Shown: positions 1 through 10,699, counted from the first letter of the stretch. The stretch is 64,000 nucleotides of DNA from Terriglobia bacterium (GCA_963666975.2 CAXVYR010000003.1:768001-832000), one strand, 5' to 3'. Numbers and translations: made by a program. Notes: generated from the sequence alone by a model not told the origin.

Positions 1-146
1 CTGCCCTGAGCATAGCCGAAGGGAGTGAAGCCGAGGGATCAGCAAGCGGTCGCCGAACGCCCGGTGCGCAAACAAAGCTGGGTTGACCGCTCCATTACTG
101 TCCCATTCGGCAAGCTCAGGGCAGGCGCGGCTCGGATGGATTCACC
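1..146. repeat. REP/MITE-like intergenic repeat composite
   Basis: 41-146 resembles 54507-54590 (agcaagcgg..ccgaacgcc..caaagct..gttgaccgctcc..gcggctcggat..attcaccaaca). ctgccctgagc / gctcagggcag inverted motifs are present, with a similar motif near 57600. Confidence 0.6.
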
Positions 147-179
147 AACAATACACTTTACACCAATCCAGAAACCGCC

Positions 180-2447
180 CTAAAAGATCTCCGGGAAATA
201 ATAAGTCAATATGGTATTCAGCCGCATATCGGCCACAATGAGTTCCTTGTTCTTGGGATTCAAGGCCACTCCGCGCGGCTTCTTCAGCAGGCTCTTCGGC
301 CCCCCGATCTTCCAGCGGGGCGGCACGTCGCCGCTGTCGTTGATACTCCAAACGCCAACAAAAATTTCCTCCTCCGGCTCCATACCGCTGCCGCCGGGCT
401 GAGCCGCGACAATCCAGCCTTTCGGAGAATATATTTGGAGCTGATTAATGCGAGTAATGGCGGTCTGGGGACCATCGATCACGGTACGCGGCTTCACATT
501 CCCTTCGTCTGTGCGGTTAAACGTAAACAGAGCCCGGCCTACGCTGGTCACAATCACATTATGGACCGGATCAACGGCCAGCGTGGAAGTCCGCAATCGG
601 GTATCCGGCCCTTGGATCACACGGATCGGAGCCACATCGCCATTGCCTTCCCGGGGGAAAACCAGAATCCGGTCCACCGAGGGCACGAAGATTTCATTGT
701 GCACCGGATCAACATCCACCCGGTCCGGCCGCTTCAACTGTGTACTGGGGCCTTGGATGACCCGGATCGGAGGCTCCTCGCCATCGGCTCCTCCGCGGAA
801 AACCAGGATCGCCTGTGCAAAGGGGTTGGTTACGATGAATTCATCATGAACCGCGTCATAGCGAATGTCGTGCATGGTACGGCTTAAAAGAGTCTTTTGT
901 CCGGCAATCAGTCTGGTGGGCACCGCATTCTCCTCCGCCATCCTGGCGAAGGCCGCAATCTGCGGGTGGGCCACTCAGTTGGGCACCAGGATTTCCTCCC
1001 GCTTGCTGTCGTAGCCCGCAGCTCCTGGGTTCCCGATAGCCAGCGCCTGTTTGCCGAGCGGCGCGCTGCGGATGGTCCGCAGCGGCGCGACATCCCCGTT
1101 AGCCGCACGCGGAAAAACGGTGGCCGAATGGTTCCCCATGTTGGATACCCACATCTCATCGTTCTTCAAGTCCACAAAAATGCCGGTGGGGTTCTTGATA
1201 CCGGTCTTGGGCCCCTTGATGACCCGGGTGGGCGCCACGTCACCGCTGTCGGTCATACGAAAGACCAGGACCGAGTCGTCGGCGTCATTGGCGACGTAGA
1301 GTTCTCCGCGCTCGGAATCGACAAACATCGCCGCCGGCCAGTTCAGCTGGGTTTCAGGACCTTCAATCACCCGTAGCGGCGGCGTATCTCCCTCCGCTTT
1401 GATCGAATAGATGGAAATCGAAGGAGGATCAGACTGGCCGGAACCGCGTAGCGCACGGTCCCGGTCGAGCGGCCAATTTTCTTTGCGCTCCCTCCTTTGG
1501 GTAGGAAGTCCCGTTACAGCAATGTCTCCCTGGTCCGGACCCACATCGGGACGAACCTGATGGACTGAACCATGATTGCTGACAAACATCCAGTTATTCT
1601 TCGAGTCCACCGCAATGCCGTGCGGGTCTTCGAGTTCCGTCCGGTCGCCTTGCAGCAACCGCAGAGGCGCTTCGTCGTCCGCGGCCATCTTGTTGTACAC
1701 CACGACTGCGTTGTCGTGCTGGATCGTGAGGAACAACTCCTGATTTTGTTCATCGACAGCGATCCCGAAGGTCCCATGCGGCGTGGCCAACTCCCTTTTG
1801 GGCGGCACGTTCCCCCGGGCTTCGCGCCCGAAGATAACCAGCGTATTGACCGTGTCGTTGTTGACCGAATAAACATCTCCCGTATTCTGGTCCAAATACA
1901 GCCCGCAGTTGAACTCAAGCTTGGTCCGCAGTCCGCCCACCATGCGCTTCGGCTCGGTCATGGTGGCGTTGGGAGGAGTATTGTCCAGCCGGTTGAACAC
2001 CTTAAAACCGAACAGGTTTTCATCCTGCAGATAGACCTCGTTCGTATTGACGTCCACTGCCACGGCGCTGTAGGTGGGATAGGTGTCCCGGATCATCCGT
2101 ATCGGTTCCCGGTCGGCATCGACGGCAGGCCTGTCCTCATCGAGCGCCGGCGCGCTCCTGTTTGCCGCCATTTGCTCCTGCTGCAGCGCGGCCACCAGCG
2201 TGGTGTTCGTGCTGGCCGGCACCCACTGGCACATCTCCCCGCCCATCATGCCGTCTGCCATGGGCATGGGGTCGGAGGAAACCAGTTGGGGATACCCTGT
2301 GGGTCTGCGCAAGGCGGCCTCGGATGCCGCGCTCCATTCCCGCTGTTTCGCCTCCCCGGTAAACAGCACCCATGCGGCAACGGCAATTACCAGAGAGATC
2401 ACCGCAGTCACGCTGATTTTTTGTACCACGCACGATGCTCGGGCCAT
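180..2447 (-). CDS. Exported NHL-like beta-propeller repeat protein, copy 1; probable selenoprotein read through TGA at 975-977 (~755 aa, U491)
   Basis: ORFs 975..2477 and 180..974 are in the same frame, separated only by TGA. Repeats GIAVDxxxxELxVxN...IxVFxRxAxGDVAPxRxIxGPxTxL continue across the stop. GGAGG RBS precedes ATG 2447. N-terminal hydrophobic segment present. Confidence 0.8.
932..952 (-). promoter_or_regulatory. Putative bacterial SECIS hairpin (copy 1)
   Basis: mRNA CCUUCGCCA-GGA-UGGCGGAGG, a 9-bp stem with a GG-starting loop 31 nt after the UGA. Confidence 0.7.
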
Positions 2448-2505
2448 ACGAATTTCGCCTCCTTCCAAATCTGCCACTAAACGGAAACAGTTCGGCTGCT
2501 ATAAC

Positions 2506-2633
2506 AGGTTGTTGAAAAACGCCATTTGCCCGCTCCCTCACGGTCGCGGCTCGGAATGGGCGTGCTGATCTGGCTGCATTTGCCGAGCCGCGCGCGTTAG
2601 CAAGCGGACCCTGCACCAGTTTTTCAACAACCT
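2506..2633. mobile_element. MITE with 15-bp terminal inverted repeats
   Basis: AGGTTGTTGAAAAAC (2506-2520) and GTTTTTCAACAACCT (2619-2633). Internal REP-like motif cgctccctcacggtcgcggctcgg also occurs near 47860 and 54556. Confidence 0.75.
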
Positions 2634-2723
2634 CCTCAACGAAAGGCAAACAGCCGGGCTGTGGAAGCCTTGTGCCAGGCCTCCTGCCGGACTGCTTGCC
2701 AGAACAATCAAAGGACAATCAAA

Positions 2724-4949
2724 CTAAAATATTTCCGGAAAGTAATACGTTAACACGCTGTTCAACCGCATGTCGGCCACAATGACTTCTTTGTTCTTGG
2801 GGTCCAGCGCAATCCCCCGCGGCTTCTTCAGCATGCTCTTCGGCCCGCCGATCGTCCAGCGGGGCGGCACGTCGCCGCTGTCGTTAATGCTCCAAATACC
2901 GACAAAGACGTCTTCGGGCTCCTGTTCCGAGCTGAGGCCGGGCTGGGCCGCAATAATCCACCCTTTCGGCGGATAGACCCGAAGCTGGTTGATACGGATG
3001 ATGCGGGTCTTGGGGCCCGAAATTACGGCTTTCGGCTTGACGTTGCCATTGGCGGTGCGGTCGTAAATCAGCAGCGCCCCCGGAGGGCTGGTCCCGCCCC
3101 GGTGCTGGATTCCAACGATCAGCAAATCGTGGACCGGATCAATGGTCACTCCGCCGGTGTTCTTCAGCATCGTGTCAGGGCCGCGCAGCACCCGGATGGG
3201 AACCGTGTCGCCGTTCGCTTCCCGGGGATAGACCATCACCCGGTCGCTTTCGGGAATGTAGATTTCGTTGTTCACAGGATCAATCCCCAGGCGGTCCGGC
3301 CCATCCATCATGGTGCTGGGGCCCTGGATCACGCGCAGCGGAGGCTCCTCGCCGTCGGCTCCTCCCCGGAAGGTCAGCACGGCTTGCGCAAAGGGATTGG
3401 TGACGACGAACTCATCATGGATGGCGTCATAGGCGATGTCGTGCATGGTGCGCGCCAGCAGCGTCCGCTGCCCGGCCAGCAGTCGCGTAGGCTGCGTATT
3501 CTCCTTCCCCAGCCTGGGGAAGCTCGCAATCTGCGGATGGGCCACTCAGTTGGGCACCAGCACTTCTTCCCGCTTGCTGTCATAGCCCACCGCTCCCGGA
3601 TTCCCGATAGCCAGCGCCACCTTCCCTAGCGGGGCGCTGCGGATGGTGCGCAGCGGCGTCACGTCGCCGTTCGCTGTGCGGGGGTAAACCGTGGCGGAGT
3701 GGTTGCCCATGTTGGAGACCCACAGCTCATTGTTCTTGAAATCGACAAAAATCCCCGTGGGATACTTGATTCCAGTCTTCGGTCCCTTGACAATCCGCGT
3801 GGGCGCCACATTGCCGCTGTCGGTGGTGCGGAAGACCAGGATTGAATCATCGGCGTCGTTGGCGACGTACAGATCGCCGTTTTCCTCGTCCAGGTACATC
3901 GCCGCCGGCCAGTTCAACTGCGTTTGGGGACCCTCAATGATCCGAATGGGGGCCGTATCACCTTCCGCCTTCAGCGGATGAACCGTGATCGAGGGCGGCT
4001 GAAACTCGCCGGAGCCGGAAACCCTGCTGGCGTCCCAAAACCCGGTGGAGTTGTCAAAACCGGGGCTGTAGCTGACGCTGCCGTGGTTGGCCACAAACAT
4101 CCAGTTGTTCTTGGTGTCGATAGCAATGCCGTGAGCGTCTTCGAGCTGTGTACTCTTCCCTTCAAGCGTCCGAATCGGCTCTTCCCTGCCCTCGGCCATC
4201 TTGCGGTACACCACCACCTTGGGCGGGTGCTGCACGGTGAGGTACATCTCTTCGGCGCCCTCATCCACGGCGATGCCCCAGGTCCGGTGCGGAGTTCGCA
4301 ACTCGCGCTTGGGAGGCACGTTTCCGCTGGCCTCGCGCCCGAAAATCACCAAGGTGTCCACCGTGTCGTTGCTCACCGAGTAAACGTCGCCGCTTTTCGG
4401 GTCCACATAGAGTCCGCAATTAAACTCGAGCTTGGTGTTGATGCCTCCCACCATGCGCTTCGGCTCCGTCATGGTGGCGCTGGGCGGAGTGTTGTCCAGG
4501 CGGTTGAATACCTTGAAGCCGAACAGGTTCTCGTCCTGCAGATAAACCTCATCGGTGTTGGTATCGACGGCGACGGCGGCGTAGGTGGGGTAGGTGTCCC
4601 GAATAATTCGCGCCGGAGCGCGGTCCGCGTCGATGGTGGCGCCGGGGTCGACCGAGGTGCGGGCCTCGCCCTGCGGATGCCGCAGCGCGGCCAGCATAGT
4701 AATGTCGCCAGAGGTGGTATCGGCGCTGGCCGGCACCCACTGGCACATCTCCCCATTCATCCCCGGCATTTGCTCATAAGCAACCAATTGGGGATACCCT
4801 TTGGGCCTGCGCAGAGCAGCCTCGGATGCTGCGTACAACTGGGGCCGCTTTGCCTCACCGGCAAACAGCACCCAGGCAGCAGCGGCGGCCACCAAGCACA
4901 GCAAAGCCAGCAGGCTACTGCTCGGTCGCAAATGGAATCCTCGGTGCAT
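2724..4949 (-). CDS. Exported NHL-like beta-propeller repeat protein, copy 2; probable selenoprotein read through TGA at 3546-3548 (~741 aa, U468)
   Basis: ORFs 3546..4964 and 2724..3545 are in frame and joined by a single TGA at the same site as copy 1 (EVLVPN*VAHPQI). GGAGG precedes ATG 4949. Signal/TM segment present. Confidence 0.8.
3504..3522 (-). promoter_or_regulatory. Putative bacterial SECIS hairpin (copy 2)
   Basis: mRNA CUUCCCCA-GGC-UGGGGAAG, an 8-bp perfect stem with the loop 31 nt after the UGA. Compensatory pair change versus copy 1. Confidence 0.7.
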
Positions 4950-5012
4950 TGATACCTCCGTCAATGACGAGCATGAATACCCACAGCAGCTTCTACGGCG
5001 CGGTTTTGATCC

Positions 5013-5193
5013 TAGGAATAAACTTTTTGGCCTCCAGGCAGTTGAAAGTGTACATCCATTTGCATCCTACCGAGCACAACTTTTCCTCCGAGAGGGCCAT
5101 CGGCTCCCAGCCTCCCTTTCCGGATCCCCCAAAACCGTCCAATCAGCATCCAGAACCAGCTTTTTCAGACAACTCTCCATACCTGGGGGATAG
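5013..5193. repeat. Diverged repeat, likely IS-end remnant; second copy at ~15744-15923
   Basis: cagaaccagctttttcagaca..ccat.cctgggggatag is shared at 5151-5193 and 15881-15923, with weaker similarity upstream. Confidence 0.55.
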
Positions 5194-5339
5194 CGGCATC
5201 GTTTTCTTGTGTGCCGTAGCCCCGGCTATCCCGACGGGAGCGACAGCCCATCTATTCGCCCCAGCATGCTAGCAAATAAACGTCTCGTCAGATGGCTCTC
5301 TGCCAGCAATAGCCAATAGTAGCGGGCATGCTTAATCAG

Positions 5340-5450
5340 GCGTCCTCCTCACCAGCCGCTGCTGGAGGCTCGTCAAGGACCAGTTCCCGATTCTCTGTGG
5401 CACCACCAGCCGCCGCCAGCAGACGGCAATGATGGTCAGCCACATAGTTG
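5340..5450 (-). pseudogene. IS1380-family transposase C-terminal remnant
   Basis: Translation WRRLVVPQRIGNWSLTSLQQRLV resembles the recalled IS1380 transposase C-terminal motif WRRLVLPxxIxxWSLTSLQQRLVK. Confidence 0.6.
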
Positions 5451-5505
5451 GAGCGGAACCGATGGTCGCCAGACTGCTCTGCCGTCCCGGCTTATTATGG
5501 CTCGA

Positions 5506-5849
5506 TCGGCGCTGGCCGGCACCCACTGGCACACCCGTCGGGCCGTCTTCTCCCCATTCATCCCCGGCATTTGCTCATAAGCAACCAATTGGTAAACCTC
5601 CGCTTGGCAAAGGCCGCGTCAGCCCGAAACGCGATACCCTTTGGGCCTGCGCAGAGCAGCCTCGGATGCTGCGTACAACTGGGGCCGCTTTGCCTCACCG
5701 GCAAACAGCACCCAGGCAGCAGCGGCGGCCACCAAGCACAGCAAAGCCAGCAGGCTACTGCTCGGTCGCAAATGGAATCCTCGGTGCATTGATACCTCCG
5801 TCAATGAGAGCATGAATACCCACAGCAGCTTCTACGGCGCGGTTTTGAT
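5506..5849 (-). pseudogene. Degenerate duplicate of the 5' end and upstream region of propeller copy 2
   Basis: Near-identical to ~4720-5010, but with ~15-bp and ~40-bp insertions and a 1-bp deletion upstream of the RBS. Confidence 0.85.
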
Positions 5850-5918
5850 AGCTTTGATGCCAATTTTATCACAGGAGTTGACCCGCCCTGCGGGCTTTAT
5901 TCACTGGCCCTGCTAGCG

Positions 5919-5956
5919 AAAAAAACGGCCCCGAGGCTTGCATGCCAGGGGGCCGT
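5919..5956 (-). terminator. Rho-independent terminator
   Basis: Minus strand ACGGCCCC...GGGGCCGT followed by a T-run, just downstream of the TonB receptor fragment. Confidence 0.6.
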
Positions 5957-5983
5957 GTATGGAAGTTTGAAATTCAATGCAAG

Positions 5984-6415
5984 CTAGAAGATAAACTTCA
6001 AGCCAAACTGAATCTGCCGGGCCGAGGTGCGGGTGTCAAAAATCCGGGCCGCGTCGGCGTCCACTAAGCCCTCCTTCACGAGGTCCTTCCCTGCTGCGCG
6101 CGCCGCTGCAACATCTTCGGCGCCGGCGCCGAAATCAAAAGGATCCATAAATTTTCCACTTTCCGTCCCACCGAAATTGGGCCGGTTGAACAGGTTGAAG
6201 AACTCCGCCCGGAATTGGATCCGGGTGTTTCCCGTCACCTCGAAGTCCTTGAGGAACGACAGATCGAATGTAGCTATGCCCGGGCCGGTCACAGTGTTTC
6301 TGCCCGCAGTGCCGAAAAATCCCAGCTTGGAGGGGGCGAACTGGCTGATGTCATAGTACCGGTCCGGGCCGCCCAGCACCGGGTTGTTATCACCGCCCTT
6401 GACAAAAGCAAGGCT
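5984..6415 (-). pseudogene. C-terminal fragment of an Oar-like TonB-dependent receptor
   Basis: GRNTVTGPG..FDLSFLKDF..IQFRAEFFNLFNRPNF..ARQIQFGLKFIF. The 5' part is replaced by IS1-like sequence. Confidence 0.85.
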
Positions 6416-6828
6416 TGGCATTGGAATGAGGTGTGGCGCGCCTCGGAGAATTCGCGGAAGCTAAATACTTCCTACATCGAACGTTTGAACCGGACCATCC
6501 GGCAGGGCCCTGCCTACCTCGGGCGTCGGACCCTCAGCCACGCTCGGCGTTCTCGGCGGCTGGAAGATCATCTCGAGCTGCTGCGACGCCATGACAACTT
6601 TCGCAGGCCTCATCGTGCTCTGAAGTTTGGACACGAAGTCAAAACCCCGGCGATGCAGGCAGGCCTGACCCAAAAGCGGCTGACGTTCCGCGATGTCTTC
6701 ACGTCCATCCCAAACTTTTTGTGCTTGGTCAGGACCGTCTGTGTGTTCATCTTCCACGCGAATTCGCCCGGCCGGGAAGACTCGCCGATTTCAGGGGCTG
6801 CTTAACAACATTTGATTGCGGAAGCATC
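6416..6828 (+). mobile_element. IS1-family transposase 3' remnant with terminal IR
   Basis: NTSYIERLNRTIRQ..LGRRTLSHAR..NFRRPH. Nearly identical (inverted) to 23452-23860. Ends in gattgcggaagca. Confidence 0.75.
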
Positions 6829-6902
6829 GTTTTGAGGGAGAGGCGTCTGCGCGACCAAGCGCTTTCCAACGCCGACTTGCAGGGATGACTAGCAAATTAC
6901 AT

Positions 6903-7631
6903 TTAGTGCTGCCGGTGGACTTCCGTATGGTCGATTGTCCCGTCGCGGAACTGAAGGACGATGTCGCCTCGGGCACCGACGGCCGGATCGTGCGTCGCGA
7001 TAAGGACGGTCTTTTTGAAGCCATGTGCCAGGGAGACGAGCAAGTCGGTCAGGATCATCGCGTTCTTGCTATCCAGGTTGCCCGTCGGCTCGTCGGCGAG
7101 AATCAGCATGGGGTCGTTCACGAGGGCGAGCGCCGCCGCTACCCGTTGCTGCTCGCCGCCGCTTAATTCGTCAGGGCGCTTCAGAGCTTTCTTGTCCAAA
7201 TCGACAAGCTTCAGCAGGGCGTGGGCGCGCTCGACTCGGTCGCGATGCTTCATTCCTGATACCGTCATAGGGAGCTGTAGATTGTCCAACGCGTTGAGCC
7301 CTGGGATCAGGTTGAACGCCTGGAAAATGAAACCAACCTCCTCCAGGCGGTAGCGCGCCAAATCGCGCTCCGTGATGTTGCCGTTGAGCTGCCAGTTGCC
7401 CACCTGGATCTTTCCGGAATCAGACCGGTCGATGCCCCCCAAGAGATTCAAGAAGGTCGTCTTTCCACAACCGCTCGGCCCCTGGATAATCATCACGGCG
7501 CCTCTGTTGACGTCGCAAGTGACGCCCTGTAGGGCCTGATGTGTCTCCTCCCCAGTCCGGTACGTCTTCACAACGTTTTCTACACTGATGTCCAGGCCTT
7601 CCTGTTTGAATAAATTGGTGTGTAATGTCAT
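6903..7631 (-). CDS. ABC transporter ATP-binding protein (LolD/MacB type)
   Basis: Walker A GPSGCGKT, signature LSGGEQQRV, Walker B ILADEPTGNLD, H-loop ATHD. Confidence 0.95.
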   Translation of the reverse strand: MTLHTNLFKQEGLDISVENVVKTYRTGEETHQALQGVTCDVNRGAVMIIQGPSGCGKTTFLNLLGGIDRSDSGKIQVGNWQLNGNITERDLARYRLEEVGFIFQAFNLIPGLNALDNLQLPMTVSGMKHRDRVERAHALLKLVDLDKKALKRPDELSGGEQQRVAAALALVNDPMLILADEPTGNLDSKNAMILTDLLVSLAHGFKKTVLIATHDPAVGARGDIVLQFRDGTIDHTEVHRQH

Positions 7632-7638
7632 GATGCCT

Positions 7639-10600
7639 CTATCGCTCTTTAATTGCTTCCCGCGCCGTCTTGCGGACCGGCCATAAGCCGAATCCGACCG
7701 AAATCGCAGCCAGAACTACGGTGAACACGAGGACACTGGCCGCCGCCGCCAGAGTCAAAACGAGACGGTTTGAGAGTAACCCCGCCACTCCGAGGACACG
7801 GGGGAGATCCCAGATTGCCTGCGACAGCCCGTAGCCGGAGATGATGCCCAGGAGAACTCCCATCGCCAGCCCTGCCAGGACCGGTGTGAGAAACATGGCA
7901 ATGGAAATTCGCAACAACATCGAGATCGGCACGCCGCGCAAGCGCAGCAGGCCGAACGTCAGCCGATCGGCTAAAAAGTTGGCGAAGCCAATCGCGCTCA
8001 CACTCGCTAGCGCGAGGATGAGCCCGCCGAACATGAACACCTTCATATTTTCCAAAGCGAGCGAAATGAACATGTCCTTGCCGACCCGCTGGCGCTCCGC
8101 GGCTTCCCATCGGACCCCTTGCGGACGCATCGGAAGCTTTTCAGTAATGTCCGCAACGAACTGATCATCTACCTCGCCGGACCGCGTGCGGACCACGAAC
8201 ACCGATCGTGAGGGCAGCACGGCAAGTCTCGCCAGCCCGGTCCGCGCGAATTCTGCGCTGGTAATCATACGGGCATCCGACCGCAGCATGTAATTGAGAT
8301 AATCCACTTCAGCGGAGACGAATCCCTCGCGATCAGACACGCCTGTGGACGGCTGGCCGGGCAGAAACGCCACGACATCGCGGAATTGTACGGGCATCGG
8401 CGTCTCGCTGCCATAGCCCAGAATCACATCGCGGTCGAGTGGGATTTTCCGCAGTCGCAGCAATCCTTGGGAGGCCGTAACCGTGGTGTCCGTTAGGCCA
8501 TCGATAATCTGGCGGAACGGACGTGTCAGGCCGAGAGTTTCTTCGTAGTACACCGTGTTAATGTAGTCCTGGGGCATGTCCACAATGTTCAGAATGAGGC
8601 CACTCTGTCCCGGAATGTAAACGCCGGGAACGACGAACTGCTGAATGGTAGTGACGGAGGACACTCGCGGGTCGCTTTGCAGCACCTCCTTGATGGAAGC
8701 TATCGCCGTCGCCACCGTGCGTTCGTATTCGGCGATGGTCCGTACTGTCGCTTCGCCATCGCTGAGCTCGGTCATGTTGTATTCAATATGCAGGTCACCG
8801 CCAACAGACACCCGAATACCGCGAAGGACGCGACCGTAGAACGTGTCAGCGGCAACCTGTGGCAATAGCGTGATCGCCATCGCGAGCGCCGCGACGAACA
8901 GCACTGCGACGACGCGACCCCTGCGGAGCGCCATGTGCTGTCCCACGAACCAGCGCAAGCTGCCGACCAACGGCACCGTGATCGCACTCAGCCCCTCTTG
9001 GATCCACCTCACACGCCAACTGAACAGACCGGTAAGGCCGAAGAGAAATAGCGGCACAGCGATGAAGTTTAAGACGATTTCGCTGATGAACAAAACCGGC
9101 ACCAGCGATTCACGGGTTGGTCCTATCCAGCGTGCGGCCAGAGAGTAGCCCGCAATCCACGATGCCACCTTGTAACCGCCGAGAATCAGAGCGAGGAAGC
9201 TCGTTACGATGTACGCCCTCGACATTCGGGTGGCGCGCTCCTCGACGTCCGTGCCGAGCACGCGGGTCAGGGCCTCGCGTGGAGTCATCCGCCGCACATA
9301 CCGCAGAATCGTGTAGCCCGACAGCAGAGCGAAGAAGACGCCCAGGATCACAAACCCTGCGAAGAACACCAAGCCCCGCACGAAAACCGGCATCGTTGGC
9401 ATTAAGTGTCCTGCGAGACTGTATCCGATGATGGGAACGAGCGTCCCGAGAAAGAGTCCGACTAAGCTGCCGGCTAACCCTCCGGCGAGCAGGGCGAGCA
9501 GAAGTGTGCTCGACACGGCGTTCATCGGTATTCCTCGGACCAATGCGAGACCCACCATGCGACGCTCGTTCAAGATCAGCAGACCGCTCAAGTTTCGTGC
9601 CAGCACCCAGCCGAGCCACAAAAGCGGGACGGCAACGAGTACCGTCACTAGTTGAACGAGCCGGGCATTGGCGCTCATGCGCTCTAAGGCGTTTTTCAGG
9701 TCGCTATTGACATAAGCGAACGGCGTGAGCTGGTGGGCGGTCTCCTGCACCGTACTGACCAACGGCTCCACTCTGGCAAGGCTTGCATCGAGCTCCCAAG
9801 GGGAGACCCAGCGAGACCGATCGACGGCGAGTAAGTGCGATACTTCGGGAACATAAGGAGGCGGTGCTTCGCCGCCGTGGATACCTTCGGAGGAGAGAAA
9901 CATCTCGCCCATCTGATTTGCTAGATTTGCGAATACATCCAGGGGCAGGGAAATCACAATCGCTTCTTCGGGCAGGTAGGTCAGGGACCCGACTTCCCGC
10001 AGCATCCACTTGTTAAATTCCTGTCGCTCAAGCTGAACCGGCGGCGTCATTACAGAGGCCTGAAAAAGCGTCTGGCCGCCCCCGATAGGCACAAGGTGAT
10101 CCCCTGGGCCGTGATCGTGATCATGCTCTTCTTCAACTTCTCCAATCACGGCAAGGCGCACCGAACTGCCTGCCCGCACACGTTTACTGGCCTCAAATAC
10201 TTCGGTACCCCGGCCTGCGCCGCGTTGGGCTGCAACAAGAGCAAGCTGGTAAGGGACGGGCGCCGTGCCAGGGCTGGTGCGCCGCAATTCTGGTGGAAGT
10301 AATTCCGTCTGGGATGCCGCGATAAAAGCCACCCAGCGAACAGGAAACTCTGCCTGATCAATCTCGATCCGGAGCGGGCTCGTGTTGCGCACCCGCAGGA
10401 ATCCGATATTTTCAAGCCGCTGGATGCCCTCCAGCCGCTCCAGACTTTCGCGCATTTCTATAAACCGATGCGCCTCGCCTCGCTGCACAACCGAGATGTC
10501 CCACGGCATTCGCTGGAGTTGATCTGTAACGTAGCCTTCGATGGCATATCCTGATGTCAGGTACAGCGACGCCAGAATGGCAACCGACAGCATCGAGACG

Positions 10601-10656
10601 CTTCCGTAAACGAAGAAAACCCTCTTGCCTAGAACACGGAACAAAAACCAGCGCAT
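7639..10656 (-). CDS. FtsX/MacB-like ABC transporter permease (duplicated permease domains)
   Basis: 1005 aa with two sets of TM helices and large periplasmic loops, LALVRG and LLRLRG motifs, directly upstream of the ABC ATPase. Confidence 0.85.
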   Translation of the reverse strand: MRWFLFRVLGKRVFFVYGSVSMLSVAILASLYLTSGYAIEGYVTDQLQRMPWDISVVQRGEAHRFIEMRESLERLEGIQRLENIGFLRVRNTSPLRIEIDQAEFPVRWVAFIAASQTELLPPELRRTSPGTAPVPYQLALVAAQRGAGRGTEVFEASKRVRAGSSVRLAVIGEVEEEHDHDHGPGDHLVPIGGGQTLFQASVMTPPVQLERQEFNKWMLREVGSLTYLPEEAIVISLPLDVFANLANQMGEMFLSSEGIHGGEAPPPYVPEVSHLLAVDRSRWVSPWELDASLARVEPLVSTVQETAHQLTPFAYVNSDLKNALERMSANARLVQLVTVLVAVPLLWLGWVLARNLSGLLILNERRMVGLALVRGIPMNAVSSTLLLALLAGGLAGSLVGLFLGTLVPIIGYSLAGHLMPTMPVFVRGLVFFAGFVILGVFFALLSGYTILRYVRRMTPREALTRVLGTDVEERATRMSRAYIVTSFLALILGGYKVASWIAGYSLAARWIGPTRESLVPVLFISEIVLNFIAVPLFLFGLTGLFSWRVRWIQEGLSAITVPLVGSLRWFVGQHMALRRGRVVAVLFVAALAMAITLLPQVAADTFYGRVLRGIRVSVGGDLHIEYNMTELSDGEATVRTIAEYERTVATAIASIKEVLQSDPRVSSVTTIQQFVVPGVYIPGQSGLILNIVDMPQDYINTVYYEETLGLTRPFRQIIDGLTDTTVTASQGLLRLRKIPLDRDVILGYGSETPMPVQFRDVVAFLPGQPSTGVSDREGFVSAEVDYLNYMLRSDARMITSAEFARTGLARLAVLPSRSVFVVRTRSGEVDDQFVADITEKLPMRPQGVRWEAAERQRVGKDMFISLALENMKVFMFGGLILALASVSAIGFANFLADRLTFGLLRLRGVPISMLLRISIAMFLTPVLAGLAMGVLLGIISGYGLSQAIWDLPRVLGVAGLLSNRLVLTLAAAASVLVFTVVLAAISVGFGLWPVRKTAREAIKER

Positions 10657-10699
10657 GCGAAACCCCGCAAAGTGTCTTCTATTGAGGTTTACATAATAT

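Noticed and set aside
975-977. Genome-wide UGA reassignment (Trp/Gly) as the explanation for the in-frame TGA
   Set aside because: TGA is a normal stop elsewhere in the window (eno, acyl-CoA dehydrogenase, amidohydrolases), and other long genes have no internal TGA.
1572-4952. Long + strand ORFs (302 and 342 aa) antisense to the propeller genes
   Set aside because: Antisense shadows caused by codon bias; the same pattern occurs opposite many genes here.
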